DNA from: the human T2T-CHM13v2.0 reference genome, Homo sapiens
Assembly: GCF_009914755.1 (NCBI RefSeq)
Contig: NC_060926.1
Reading direction: 5' to 3' (one strand)
DNA length: 64,000 nucleotides
Positions within the stretch are counted from its first letter, which is position 1. Each line of letters starts with the position of its first letter. Shown one piece after another: positions 27,856 to 49,469 of the stretch. A model generated the notes under the pieces. It was not told the DNA's origin, searched no databases, and was given only the letters and a program-made list of their open reading frames with translations. The translations under genes were made by a program, and so were the position numbers.

Positions 27856-29910
27856 GAAGAAATAATATAAATTCAATACAACTCAAATTATAAGAGAGAA
27901 TACTTCCCAACTCATTTCATGTGGTTAGAATTACACTGACACCAAAAATGAAGATATTACAAGAAAATAAAAAGAAAACTACAGACCAATATTTCCCATA
28001 AACAAACACAAAAACCCTTAACATAATATTAGCAAATCCAGCAATATATTAAAAAGATAATATACCATGAACAAGCAAGATTACTCCCACAAATGCAAGG
28101 TTGCTTAAACATCTGAAAGCCAATCAATATAATTTACCTTATGATGAGAAAAAAGAGAAAAAACCTATAATCATTTCAATTGCTGCAGAAAAAGCACTTG
28201 GAAAAAAAATTCAACATCCACTTAATATATCTCAGCAGACTAGGAATGGAAAGGGACTTCCTCAATATAATACCATCATACTTATAGTGAAAGATTGAAT
28301 GTTTTCCACCGAAGATTGGAAACAAAGAAAGGATGTCCTCTCTTATCATTTCTATTTAATATTGTACCAGATGTCCTAGCTGTAAGAAGTGAAGAGAATA
28401 AAATAAAAAGCACACAGTTTAGATAAGATGATGTAACACTTCTAAATCCAGTTGTCATGGTCATCTATGTAGAAAATCCTAAGGATTCCAAGTTACTTCA
28501 GCTAAGAATGAGCTTAACAGGATTGCAGGATACATAGTCAATATTTTAAAAATTTATTTCTACATAATCCCAATGAACAATAAAAATTGTAATAAAAATA
28601 TTTACAATATAATCCAAAAACATGCAATACTTAGGGATAAATATAACAAAGCATGTACAAGACCTTTACACTTAAAATTATAAAACTACACAGAGAGAAA
28701 CTAATGAACACCTAAATAATTGGAGAAGGGTACTACTTTTATGGATTAGGAGACTCAATATTGTTAAGAATCATTCCTCCCTAAAATGATCTATAGATCC
28801 AACACAATCTCAGTCAAAATCCCATCAGGTGAAACAAGCCAGTTTCAAAACTTATATAGACATGGAAAGGATCTAGAATAGTCAAAATAATAGGAAAAAG
28901 AAGAATAAAGTTGAAGGACTAACAGTACCTGATTTCAAGACTTACTGTAAAGCCACTTACTGTAAAGCCACAGGAATCAAGTCAGAATGGTACTTGCTTA
29001 AGGTACAGACATTTAATTCACTAAAAGACAATACAGTTATTGATAGATCAAAGTAATTCAATGGGAGAAAGAATACTCTTTCTGACAATTGGTGCTGGAA
29101 CAATAAATATTTATATTAAAAATTAATCTCAACCCATACCTCATACCATATGCAAAAAATTAACTTGAAGTAGACCATCAACCTAAATGTAAGAGCTAAA
29201 CCCACAAAACTTCTATAAGAAAATCCTTGTGACCCTGCGTCAAAGAGTTTTCTTAGGACGTGAAAAGCAAAAGCCATAAAACAAAGAACATTATGAACTG
29301 AATTTCATTAAAATTAAAAACTTCTGCTACTTTATAAACAATGGTAAAATAATGAAAGGGTAAACTACAGGCTGAAAGAAAATATTCACAATACAAGTAT
29401 CTTACAAAGGCCTTGTATTCATAAAATATACATAAAAAATCTCTTACAACTCAAGAATAAGTAAAGAAAAAATCCAATTAAATTTGGGCAAAAGATTTGA
29501 AAAGATACTTCATCAGACAAGATATACAACAAATAAGCACATGAAAAGATGCTTGATTCCAACAGTCACCAGAGAAATGCAAATTAGTACCACAACACAC
29601 TTACTAGAATGGCTAAAATTAAAATGACCATTAATTTCAAGTGTTAGAACTTGGAGCAACTAGAGTTCCCATAAATTGCTGATATGCTAAATGACACAAT
29701 CATTTTAGAAAACAGTTTCTTCTAAAGTTGAACAAACACTTAGCATATGGCCCAGCCATTTTAAACTTGTAGGTTTTTGACAAGAGAAATGAATATATAT
29801 GTTCATACAAAGACTTGTAGATGAAAGTACATAGCATTTTTAATCTGTTAGCGAAAATCTGGAAACAAACCAAACGTCCATCAATATGTGAAAGGATTAA
29901 AAAACTGTGG

Positions 29911-31228
29911 CACAGAAATACAAAAAAAAACCCTCAGAGGATATTAGGAACACCTCTATGCACTCAAGCTAGAAAACCTAGAAGATATGAATAAATTTCT
30001 GGGAACGTACACCCTGTCAAGATTGAATCAGGAAGAAACTGAATCCCTGAACAGACCAATAACAAGCTCCAAAACTGAATCACTAATAAAAAGCCTACCA
30101 TCAGAAAAAGCTTAGGACCAGACAATTCACAGCCAAATTCTACCACGTGTATAAAGAAGAGCTGGTACCATTCCTACTGAAACTATTCCAAAAAAATGAG
30201 AAGGAAGGACTCCCTAACTCATTCTATGAGGCCAGCATCATCCTGATACAAAATCTGGCAGAGAGACAACAAAAAAAGGAAACTTATGGCCAATATCCTT
30301 GATACACGTAGATGTAAAAATCCTCAATAAATACTAGCAAATGAAATCCAGCAGCACATCAAAATGAAAAGCTACCACAAATAAGTAGGTTTTATCCCTA
30401 GATGTAAGGTTAGGTCAACATACACAAATCACTAAATGTGATTCATCACATAAACAGAATGAAAAACAAAAACCACACAATCGTCTCAATAGACACAGAA
30501 AAGGCTTTCAATAAAATCCAACATCGCTTCATGTTAAAAAAAAGAAAAAAAACCTCAACAAACTAGGTATTGAAGGAATATACATCAAAATAATAGAGTA
30601 ACCTATGATAAATCCACAGCCAACATCATACTGAATGGGCAAAAGCTGGAAAACTGGAACAAGACAAGGATGCCCTCTCTCACCATTCCTGTTCAATATA
30701 GAACCGGAAGTCCTAGCCAGAGCCATCAGGCAAGAGAAAGAAATAAAACACATCCAAATAGAAGACATGAAGTCAAACTATCTCTGTTTGTAGAAAATAT
30801 GATTCTATACCTGGAAACCCAATAGTCTCTGCCCAAAAGCTCCTAGATCTGAGAAACAATTTCAGCAAAGTTTCACGATACAAAACTAAAGTATACAAAT
30901 CAGTAATATTTCCATACACCAACGACATCCAAGCTGAGAGCCAAATAAGCAACACAATCCCATTCACAAAAGCCACAAAAAGAATAAAACACCTGGGAAT
31001 ACAGCTAACAGAGAGGTAAAAGATCTCTACAACAGGAATTACAAAACACTGCTCAAAGAAATCAGAGATGACACAAACAAATGGAAAAACATTCAAAGCT
31101 CATGGATAGGTAGAATCAATATCATTAAAATGACTTTACTGCCCAAAGCAATTTACAGATCCAGTGCTATTCCTATCAAACTACCAATGACATTCTTCAC
31201 AGAATTAGAAAAAAAAATAAACTAATTT
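29911..31228 (+). mobile_element. 5'-truncated L1PA15/16- or L1PB-like element, first part (middle layer)
   Basis: ORF2 RT-region sequence stopping at agaattagaaaaaaaaataaactaattt and continuing at 36667. Confidence 0.88.
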
Positions 31229-36656
<5,428 letters not shown>

Positions 36657-36666
36657 AAACTAATTT

Positions 36667-38132
36667 AAAATTCATATGGAACCAAAAAAAGAGTCTGAAT
36701 AGCTAACACGATCCTAAACAAAAAGAACAAAGCTGGAGGCATCACAACATACCCAACTTCAAACTATACCACAATGATGCAATGACCAAAACAGCATGGT
36801 ACTGGTACAAAAACAGACACAGAGACCAATGAAACAGAATAGAGAGCCCAGAAATAATGCTACACACCTACAACCATATGATCTTGACAAAGTCAACAAA
36901 AACAAGCAGGGAAAGGACTTCTTATTCAGTATATTGTACTGGGATAACTGGCTAGCCATATACAGAAGATTGAAACTGGACCCCATCTTTACACCATACA
37001 GAAAAATCAATTAAAGACGGATTAAAGACTTAAATGTAAAACCTAAAACTATGAAAACCCTGCAAGGTAACCTAGGAAATACCATTTGGGCACAGGCCCT
37101 GGCAAAGATTTCATGACAAAGGCGCCAAAAACAGTTGTGACAAAACCAAACATTGACAAATGAGACTAAAGAAACAATCAACAGAGTAAACAGACAACCT
37201 ACAGAATAGGAGAAGATATTTGCAAATTATGCATCTGACAAAGGTTTAGTATCCAGAATCTTAAGGAACTTAAACAAATGAACAACCAAAACACAAACAA
37301 CCCCATTAACAATTGGGAAAGAACATAGACATTTCAAAAGAAGACATACATGCAGCCTACAACCATATGAAAAAATGCTCAACATCACTAATTATCAGAG
37401 AAATGCAAATCAAAACCACAATGAGATACCATCTCATACCAGTCAGAATGGCTATTATTAATAAGCTAAAAAAAAAACAGATGCTGGTGAGGGTGCAGAG
37501 AAAAGAGGATGCTTATACACTGCTAGTGGGAACGTAAATTAGCTCAGACATGGTGGAAAGCAGTTTGGGCATTTTTCAAAGAACTTGAAACAGAATTGCC
37601 ATTCAACCCAACAATCTCATTACTGGGTATATACTCAAAGAAATATAAATTGTTCTACTATAAAGACACATGCACACGTATGTTTGTCACAGCATTACTC
37701 ACAATAGCAAAGACTTGGAATCAAACCAAATACCCATCAACAGTAGACTGGATAAAGGAAATGTGGTACATATACACCATGGAATACTACATAGCCATAA
37801 AAAAGAATGAGATGATATGCTCTGCAGCAAGATGGATGCAGCTGGAGGCCATTATCCTAAATGAAATAACACAGGAATAGAAAACCAAACACCACATTTC
37901 TCACTTATACGTGGGAGCTAAACATTGAGTACTTACAGACACTAAGAAAGGAACAATAGACAACAGGGCCTAGTTGAGGGTGAAGGGTGGGAGGATGGTA
38001 AGGATCGAAAAACTGCCTATTGAATACTGTACTTATTACCTGGGTGACGAAATAATCTGTACACCAAACCCCCAAGACACGCAATGTACCTATAAAACAA
38101 ACCTGCACATGTACCTCTGAACCTAAAAGTTA
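36667..38132 (+). mobile_element. Continuation and 3' end of the middle-layer L1
   Basis: Resumes at aaaattcatatggaacc and ends with gtacctctgaacctaaaagttaaaaaa. Degenerate TSD aaaaaactgtgg (29899-29910) / aaaaaattgtgg (38133-38144). Confidence 0.88.
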
Positions 38133-38314
38133 AAAAAATTGTGGTGTATTGACATAATGACCTACTGCTCAGTAATGTAACAAAAAAATACAGAAATACA
38201 TACTAACGTTGAAGATTGTCACAGAATAATGCTGAGCAAAAGTACCAAGACACAAGAGTACCTACTACATGATCCCATTTCTATGAAATTCTAGAAAAGG
38301 CAAATCGAATCTAT

Positions 38315-39118
<804 letters not shown>

Positions 39119-39589
39119 TTAACTGTACATTTTAAATGTGTGTATTTTACTTATGTAAATTATACCTCAATAAACTTGATTTTTAAAATTCATCATCACT
39201 CTAGTTTGAAGAAAGTAGAAGCCTGTCTAGAATAAAAGTTCATTTTAAATGATATGAGATCCAATTTTAAGATGAGTAGGCATCTAACAAAGTGTCTAGC
39301 ATTTTCAGCAATAAATAACCTAATACCACTTGGGTAAAGTATAATGTTAAAATAACTCTTTGAAAATAACTCTTGAGGAAAATTGCTTTGTACCAAATTT
39401 CCAAGAGAAAAATCATACTGTTTGTTTTTTAGAAAGAGAGACAGACAGACATACACACACATACACACGTTGCCTGTGATTTTAAAAATTCTATGAGAGT
39501 GAAGATGTTAGCTTTAATTACCTCTTGTTTAACATCATCACTTGAACATGTAACCTTTTCCTAACTTTGCACACTCTATGAGGGCATTG

Positions 39590-41200
39590 TGGGGACACTT
39601 TAGGCAAAGGGAATACTATCATCACCAACATGGAAGGAGTGAGCGTGAGAGCACACACCATGGCTGGGAAGCTACACTAGTGCAACTCAGCTGGGGAGAT
39701 AAAGACCAAGTGGCAGGAAAGGGCTTATCAACCACTAAAGTATTTCTTTTTTTTTTTTAACTTTTATTTTAGGTTTGGGGATACATGTGAAGGTTTGTTA
39801 CGTAGGTAAACTCATATCATGGGGGCCTGTTGAACAGATTATTTAATCACCCAGGTATTAAGTTCAGTACCCAATAGTTACCTTTTCTGCTTCTCTCCCT
39901 CCTCCCAAACTCCACCCTCAAGTAGACCCCAGTGTTTGCTGTTCATTTGTTTGTGTTCATGAGTTGTCAGCATTTAGCTCCCACTTATAAGTAAGAACAT
40001 GTGGTATTTGGTTTTCGTTCATGCATTTGTTTGCTAAGTATAATAGCCTCCATCTCCATCCATGTTCCCACAAAAGACATGAAGTATTTCAAGCTGGAGA
40101 ATCCATGACCAAATCTGTACTGTTAGAAGGATCACTAGGATAGCACTCAGGGGATTAACTGCGGAGTAGGATGACAAGACTGGAAGGCAGAAGAATATAG
40201 ATACAGGGCCTCTGCTTGATCATGGTAAAATAGAGAAGGTCTACATTAAAGCAATGACAGTGACGCTGAATTGAATGAAATGTTTTGACTGTATTTAGAA
40301 GGCCGAATCGATAGGATTTGGTCACTAATTGGATGTGGCATTAGGAGTGAGGGAGGATTCTAGAACGACTTTTGACTTGGACGTTCCATCTGAATAATTG
40401 TACCATTCACCAAAAAGAAGAATACGAGAGGAAAAGCAGGTCTGGAGAGAAAAAAGATGACTTCATGTCTGCACATAATGAGTCTAAGGCACACATGTAC
40501 ATCCAAGAGAAGTTATTCAGCAAGCCAGATGAATATGTGGATGTGGAGTCAGGAATGGTCTGGGCTGGAGTCAGAGATCAGATAACAAAACTGAAAATAA
40601 AGTATAAACCTGCACAAAGTGAGGGCTAAAAATGGAAGCCTGGATGGCCCCAACATTTTCATGAGTAGGCAGAAGAAGAGCATAAAAATGTGATAGAAAG
40701 TTGCATTTGGGATCATAGAAGGCTGTTTGATGAGGGTTCTGTGAAAGTGGGAGTGGACAGCAACCATCAAATGCTGAAAAGTCATCAAACAATGTAAGAG
40801 ACATGTATTTATCAAGTAGGAAGTGACTGGTGACTTTTCCAAGAGCAGTTCTGAGACACCGCAGAAGATACAGCCAGAGCACAGTGTTCTGAGGAGTGAG
40901 AAGTGAAGAAGCAGAGAAAAGGCAATGTTCAGTATTATTTCAATGAGTTTGGCTATGAAAGGAAGGTGAATATTAGATCAGCAACAGATGGGAAACCATT
41001 TTAGGGAAGAGTTTTGTTAGTCTGTTTTTATGGTGTAGTTTGGGCCTGTTTATCTGCTGCTGTTCCAAGATAGATGGGGCCGGGGAGGGTGACAAAGTAA
41101 AGGTGTCAAAGGGAATGTTATGGGATCCACAGAGCAAATAGTGGTGGCGCTAGTCTTGGACAAGAGGAAGGGATTCTTTTTCACTGAACTGAGAGGGAAA
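39590..41200 (-). mobile_element. L2 LINE remnant, hosting the short L1
   Basis: Purine-rich reversed L2 (ataggatttggtcactaattggatgtgg; gtgactggtgacttttccaagagcagtt). Boundaries approximate. Confidence 0.65.
39747..40081 (-). mobile_element. Short L1PA13-16-like 3' end insertion
   Basis: T-tail and reversed 3'UTR. TSD aagtatttc at 39738-39746 and 40082-40090. Confidence 0.9.
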
Positions 41201-42657
41201 GATTCATGTGCATATTGATAAGTGGTTGAGTGGGGGCGTCGTAAGAAGCAGATAAACTTAATGAACTGACAAAAGGTGAGATGCTCTGTTGAGAGGAATA
41301 GGGAGCTGATAATGTGAGTTTAAGGAGAGCAGTGAAGGTTGGAAAAGGTACTGGTGAGAATGGAAAAGCTTTAATATCTTAATAGTATAATTAGGGCCTC
41401 CACTTTTTAAAATTAATCTCAGTCTATATATGAAGAAATATGTTATAATTATTGCCACATAAAGAGATTCTGAATACATATTGCTTTCTATAAAACAACA
41501 TTTCTTGGCTTCCATGTAATGACACTTCTAATTACCTCCTAAGGAAGACATAATCTTTGAATTCTTCTAATGACAAGAATGATGGACTTTTAATGCCCAA
41601 CACATTTGTGTGATCATTGTAAGGATTAAGAAATGGAAGCTCTAGCCTTGGAGCAATGTTCCTTCAACATTACACTAACTGACCTAATCTAAGAGTCTAA
41701 CTCCAAAAATCTTAGCATATTGGCATTAGGCACTGTCACGTTTACATATGAAAGCATTCTATTTTAAACTACGATCCATGATCTATCTTTACAATTTTAA
41801 ATTGTAAGCTACACCTTTCATGTCAAATTTTCCAAAGGCTTGCATAACAAGCATCTGAAAAAAAAAAAATCTCATAAATGCTCCCTAGTGGGAAAACTGC
41901 ACATGCAACTACCTGTTTATATATGCAGTAACTTGAATTATACATGAAAACTCCACATGGATGCCCAGAATCAGCACTGACAAATTCAAGAAGTATATTA
42001 ATTTTTTTGGATGTATTTAGTAGCAGATCATAAGAAAAATCTGTTCTTTATACTGGGTTTTCTTTTAAAAATCTGCTAGTTGGAATCTTCTATTTCAAGG
42101 AATCTACTCTTCCGAGGAAAAATACTTTGTAATAAATATTAATCTTATACATTAAAAATGAGAAACAAAACTTTAAAAAATCCTTGGAAATTCCACATTT
42201 AGATCTTTTAAAGAGCCTATAAGACTGTACAGTTTCCCTATTCTATAAAACTTAAGAGTCATATTGAAAATAAAATTTAAATGATAAATGTCAGTTGCAA
42301 AAGTTATCACCTTTTCATTTGAATGCTTGACTTCTATTGGATAATTCTCTTCCAAGAGACCTTCTTGGGAAAAAGAGGTGACAGCCAACTCATTGCCTAA
42401 TTGATTTAGGAACAGTGCCCAGGGAGACAGTCCAATTAAGTTTACAAGCTGGCAATTAGCAGGAAGCCCTCTAAATCCCTACACTGAGAGCCTGTTTACT
42501 TTAGTAAGAATGCAAATGTGCTAGAGATAGGAAGAGAAAGCTGTGCTTTTTGCAAAGCTGTTGTGAGTAGGCCCACAAGGGAGGGCTGAAGAAAAGCTAG
42601 GTGTACATGGGCAGAAAGCCTTCTGTTTGACAGGTAACTGGGTAATTTAGAGGGTGA

Positions 42658-42767
42658 AAGGAGAGATTGAGAGAGAGAGAGAGAGAGGAAGAAGGGCGGG
42701 GGGCGGGAAGAGAGAGAGACAGAGTATGTGAGAAAGAGAGAGCATGAGTGCATGCATGTGTGTGTGT
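42658..42767. repeat. (GA)n-rich and (TG)n simple repeat
   Basis: gagagagagagagagagg...gagagagagac...gtgtgtgtgt. Confidence 0.85.
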
Positions 42768-43661
42768 TTTAACAGACATGCAAAACATCAAACATCCACT
42801 TTAATTAGTGTTGTGTATGGAGACATACAACTGTTAAACATGTAGTTAGGCAAAGTATAACTGGATTATCTCGTAATAAATGAGACTCCAAACATTTTTT
42901 TCTTGAACAATATTAACATTATGAATAGATTTAGCTGCATTTTTATTATGTGAAAAGAACATAGGTCTCACATTGTATGTATTATATCTTTCAGGTAAAT
43001 CAAATCATGTTCACTAGATTTATTTCATGTATTCAACTTCAGAGACAAGCAGATCCATGAAAAAATAAAGTAAATTGAAAGCTATTTAACAAAGACTACA
43101 ATGTCTTTAAAAATCTAACTTTGTACCATAGAGCCAAATTCCATAAAGGGTTTTAAAATGTATTTACCTTTCTATGTTTTCAAATAGCCATAATGTACAT
43201 TAATTAAAATTTATTTTTTACACCTAAGTGAGGTTCTCTCAAGAATGTTAAATTGTAGAAATCTACCTAAAGTATATCATATATTTCAGGGCACAGCTAG
43301 TAATGCAAAGCTACAATAGGCAAGTGAATCATCATAATAACATTTTATTTTAAAGTCTCTTGGTTGATACATAAAAAATCAACTGGAAATGGATTAAAGA
43401 CTTAAATATAAAACCCAAAAGTATAGAAATCCTGGAAGACAACTAGGCAATACTATCCTGGACAATAGGCAAAGATTTCATGACAAGGACGCCAAAAGCA
43501 ATTGCAACAAAAGAAACTATGAATAGAGTAAACAGACAACCTACAGAATGGGAGAAAATATTTGTAAACTGTATATCTGACAAAGGTCTAATATCCAGCA
43601 TCTATAAGGAACTTAAACAAATTTACAAGAGAAAAACAAACCCATTAAAAAGTAGGCAAAG

Positions 43662-45595
<1,934 letters not shown>

Positions 45596-45750
45596 AAAAG
45601 TGGGCAAAGGACATGAACAGACACTTCTCAAAAGAAGACATACATGCAGCCAAGAAGCATATGAAAAAAAGCTCAGTATCACTGATTATTAGAGAAGTGC
45701 AAACCAAAACCACAATGAGATACCATCACACACCAGTCAGAATGGCTATT

Positions 45751-45841
45751 TTTTTTGAGACGGAGTCTTGCTCTGTCGCCCAGGCTGGAGTGCAGTGGCA
45801 CGATCTTGGCTCACTGCAAGCTCCGCCTCCCAGGTCCACAA
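45751..45841 (-). mobile_element. Severely 5'-truncated AluY-like insertion
   Basis: AluY-type ctgcaagctccgcctccc. TSD agaatggctatt at 45739-45750 and 45842-45853. Confidence 0.85.
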
Positions 45842-47144
45842 AGAATGGCTATTATTAAAAAGTAAAAAAATAACAGATGCTGGCAAGGTTGTGGAGAAAA
45901 GGGAATGCTTATGCACTGTGAGGGGGGAGTGTAAATTAGTTCAATCATTGTGGAAAGCAATATAGCAATTCCTCAAAGAGCTAAAAGCAAAACTACTATT
46001 TGACCTAGGAATCCCATTATTGGGTATATATCCAGAGGAATATAAATCATTCTGCCATAAAGATACATGCACACAAACGTTTGTTGCAGCACCATTCACA
46101 ATAGTAGAGACATGGAATCAACCTAAATGCCCATCAATCACAGACTGGATAAAGAAAATGTGGTACACTGTGGAATATTATACAGCCATTAAAAAGAACA
46201 AGATAATGTTTTTTGCAGGAACTTGGACGGAGCTGAACGCCATTATCCTTAGCAAACTAATGCAGAAACAGAAAACCAAATACTGCATGTTCTCACTTAT
46301 AAGTGGGAGCTAAATGATAAAAACTTATGAACACAAAGAAGAAAAAAACAGACACTGGGGTCTACTTGAGGGAGGAGGATATGAGGAGGGAGAGAAGCAG
46401 AAAAGATAACTATTGGGTACTGGGCTTAATACCTGTGTGATGAAATAATATGTACAGCAAACCCCCGTGACACGTTTACCTATATAACAAACCTGCATGT
46501 GTACCCACAAACCTACATAAAAGTTTAAAAAAAATTCTCTTGGTTGAAATGGGCTATATTAATATATAATTTTATAGCTATTAACTTATCAACATCTATA
46601 AAAATACCTATCCTTTTGAATATTTTTATCCAAAAGAGAAACTAAAAGTTATACAGGTATCTTCAGCAAATTCTAACTAAATATCTGCTTTCTTTTCTTT
46701 TAAAACACTTGCTTCACACAATTCCAGTCTGGGAAGCAACAGACACCAATAATCTAAAATAATTTTTATAGAAAAATTATTCCATTCCTACAACACAGAA
46801 TTTTTCAATGGACAAAGTAAGTCCTTCTAAAATATTCACATGTCTATTTCTTAAGGAATTATTTAGTAGTGTAGTTTATTTTAGAGCGTATCAAATGTAA
46901 AAATTAGGGCTTTTGAAGCATCATGATTGACAATTAGTGCAATTTACAAATTATTCAATATCTAGTGTTCCTTTGGCAGTTAGAAAGTCATCCACAAAAG
47001 GGAACTATATGGATATTTGAAAGGCAAACATATTTATGGGATGATAAATAGAAAAATCTACATTCTAAGAATAGTTTTATTGCCTTAATTATGTCACTAT
47101 CCTAAACATTTTAATTTACTTACTCATCACTTTCCTTGACTTAC

Positions 47145-47754
47145 CTAGTTTAAACAACAGCACACCCAAAGGTCCTCTTTCAAACCTGAGGAAGAGGAGA
47201 TCATAGATATCACTACCTTCACCCTTCTGAGAAACAACCTGAGGAGCTATCCATTGCATTTGAACAAGACTGCTGGAGGCATCAAATAATTTACTGAATT
47301 GCAGAGTCTCCCTGGGTAAGCGGTCTTCAGCCAACAGTTGGATGTTAATAGGGGATAGAGCCATATCAAAAATTTGCAACTCCCCTTGGTTGCTGCCAAC
47401 TAGCAGAATGGCACCACTTGGGTGGCAGCTTATTAATGAAGGCAAAAGTTCAGTCTGTGCTAAGAGAGTCACTCTACGGTGAGTTTCATAAAGAATTAGC
47501 GAAGAATCTTCACAGCCCAGAATCAGTTTGTCTTCAGTAACATTCCTGCAGCAGCTGATGGCCTTTGACTTTAGTGGTATTCTGGTGACTGACACACACT
47601 GGATTTTATTCCGAATGCATTCATAGATGCAGCTGTCAGCCATGGGCTCTTTGTCTACACTTACGGAGTGCTCCACTGTGAACACCTGATAAGGCTGTTT
47701 GGTGCCAAAGCGAACATCCAGTGGGTCCCATTCTGTGCGGACAGAACTCAGAAC
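47145..47754 (-). CDS. WDPCP: WDPCP internal coding exon (610 nt, probably exon 10; phase 0 to 1)
   Basis: Minus-strand acceptor taacag|GTTCTG and donor CTAG|gtaagt. Encodes VLSSVRTEWDPLDVRFGTKQPYQVFTVEHSVSVDKEPMADSC...GPLGVLLFKL, overlapping ORF 47116..47685. Recognised as WDPCP/Fritz. Exon number from memory. Confidence 0.96.
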
Positions 47755-48449
47755 CTGTTAAGAAATATATCAAGTACATTCAGATAAACTTTGGTTTTTC
47801 TTCAACTTCACACCTAGGACTGCATATTTATTCAGAAACCTATTAAAGAACATCAATTACTATCTTAAACATCAGCAACATATAAGTATATAAAGTACAT
47901 ATAGCACATCTATCTCATATACAGCATGTATACAAATATATATAGTGACACAGTGAGATCCTGTCTTAAAAAAATAAAAAATATACATATAGCACAGCTG
48001 CAAGAATTAAACTATAAGATTTTAACTTTAACAATTTGTTTTGGAAGGCCTGTAAATCACTTTAAATATGTTCCACAGTACATAAAAACTAAGAAAGTCA
48101 GCTTTTAGTAATATCATATGGTTAGCAGAATATCTTAAAAAGTTAAAAAGAATGAATAAGAACTTACCAACACAAAGTTGGACTTTAAATGATTAGTTAA
48201 TCTCCTTCAACCTACCACCCTTGTCAATTCTGAAATTATTGGTAAATTGCTTATTAGAAATATATTTCTAATTAGTAGGGCTGGGTAGACAAAGGAAAAA
48301 ACTTTAGAAACCTGTTAACAATCTTGTGGAAATATTTTACTATCAGAAAGGATATATAGGAATTCTAAGTAGACAAGTGACCAATAGAAAGAAATAATGT
48401 AATGTACTAGTTTTAAAATAAACATTAAAAAATTAAGACCTAGTATATA

Positions 48450-48627
48450 TAGTCGGTCCTTGAACAACATGAGTTTGAACTGTAGGGTCCACTTATAGGT
48501 GGATGTTTTTCAACCAAATGCAAATAGAAAATACAGTATTCCCAGTATGTGGGAAATCTATGTAAACAGAGGACTGACTTTTCATATACTTGAGTTCCAC
48601 AAGGCTAAGTATATGCAGATTTTGGTA

Positions 48628-48682
<55 letters not shown>

Positions 48683-48733
48683 GGCGGGGGTGGTCCTGGA
48701 ACCAATCATCCACATATATCGAGGGACAACTGC
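48450..48733 (-). mobile_element. MER8 (TcMar-Tigger) non-autonomous DNA transposon containing (TG)n
   Basis: agtcggtccttgaacaacatgagtttgaactg...tcctggaaccaatc...cgagggacaactg, with Tigger-type termini. Confidence 0.8.
48630..48681. repeat. (TG)~26 microsatellite
   Basis: Uninterrupted dinucleotide run. Confidence 0.97.
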
Positions 48734-48929
48734 AATATGATTTGTCAATCCTGGTGGAGTAAAATTTTAAAAGCATCTTTGGTATAGAAAGGAAAGGCTA
48801 TCTACCAACATGGAACACAATGCAGAAGAACATCAAATAAAACCACAGGCCATTCACTTTATTCATATGTAAATGACAGGAGTCCAAGAACCAGGAGAGT
48901 GGTATTAAAGAAGGTCAGACCCAGAAATA

Positions 48930-49200
48930 TTAAAAAACATATATCTACACGTTAAAATTTTATAGAACTGTACATCCCCCAGAAAAGGTGCATGTAAAAT
49001 CTGATGAAATCCATCTAAGGTCTGCACCTGAGTTAACAGTATAGTAACAAGGTCATTTTCCTGTATTTGACAGTGTATTGCAGTAATGTAAGATGTCACT
49101 GGGGAAACTGGGGGAAAGTACAGAAAGAGCATTTACTGTACTGTTTAACAATTTCATGTGAGTCAAACTATTTCAAGATTAAAAGTCATTTTTTAAAAAA
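48930..49200 (+). mobile_element. L1M 3'UTR fragment
   Basis: aagatgtcactggggaaactggggg...aacaatttcatgtgagtcaaactatttcaagattaaaag. Confidence 0.65.
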
Positions 49201-49469
49201 GCACATAGAGCTGTGTGGCAGAGTGCTGGATTGGGGAGGGGTGGGGAGTTGATGTGACTTAAAAAAAATCCATCCTACACCTTATCACCAAATTAATCTC
49301 CCTAAACTAAATGCTTTTGCCTTTACTCCACTCTTCAAACCGTTCAATGGCTACCCACTGACTAATACGTTAAATTTTTATTCCTTTGCCTGAACATAAA
49401 CTACCATAGGATCCATATCCAACTCCTTCCCTCCCTCACACTCTTTTTGCTGCAGTCATTTTCTTTTTT

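Larger units (their letters stand above)
26150..29910 (+). mobile_element. Old L1 (L1MB/MC-type) ORF1 end and ORF2, outermost layer of a nested stack
   Basis: Degenerate EN/RT peptides (NTINEFDLIDIYKTLHPTT; IIISIAAEKALGK). The element resumes at 38145. Confidence 0.85.
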
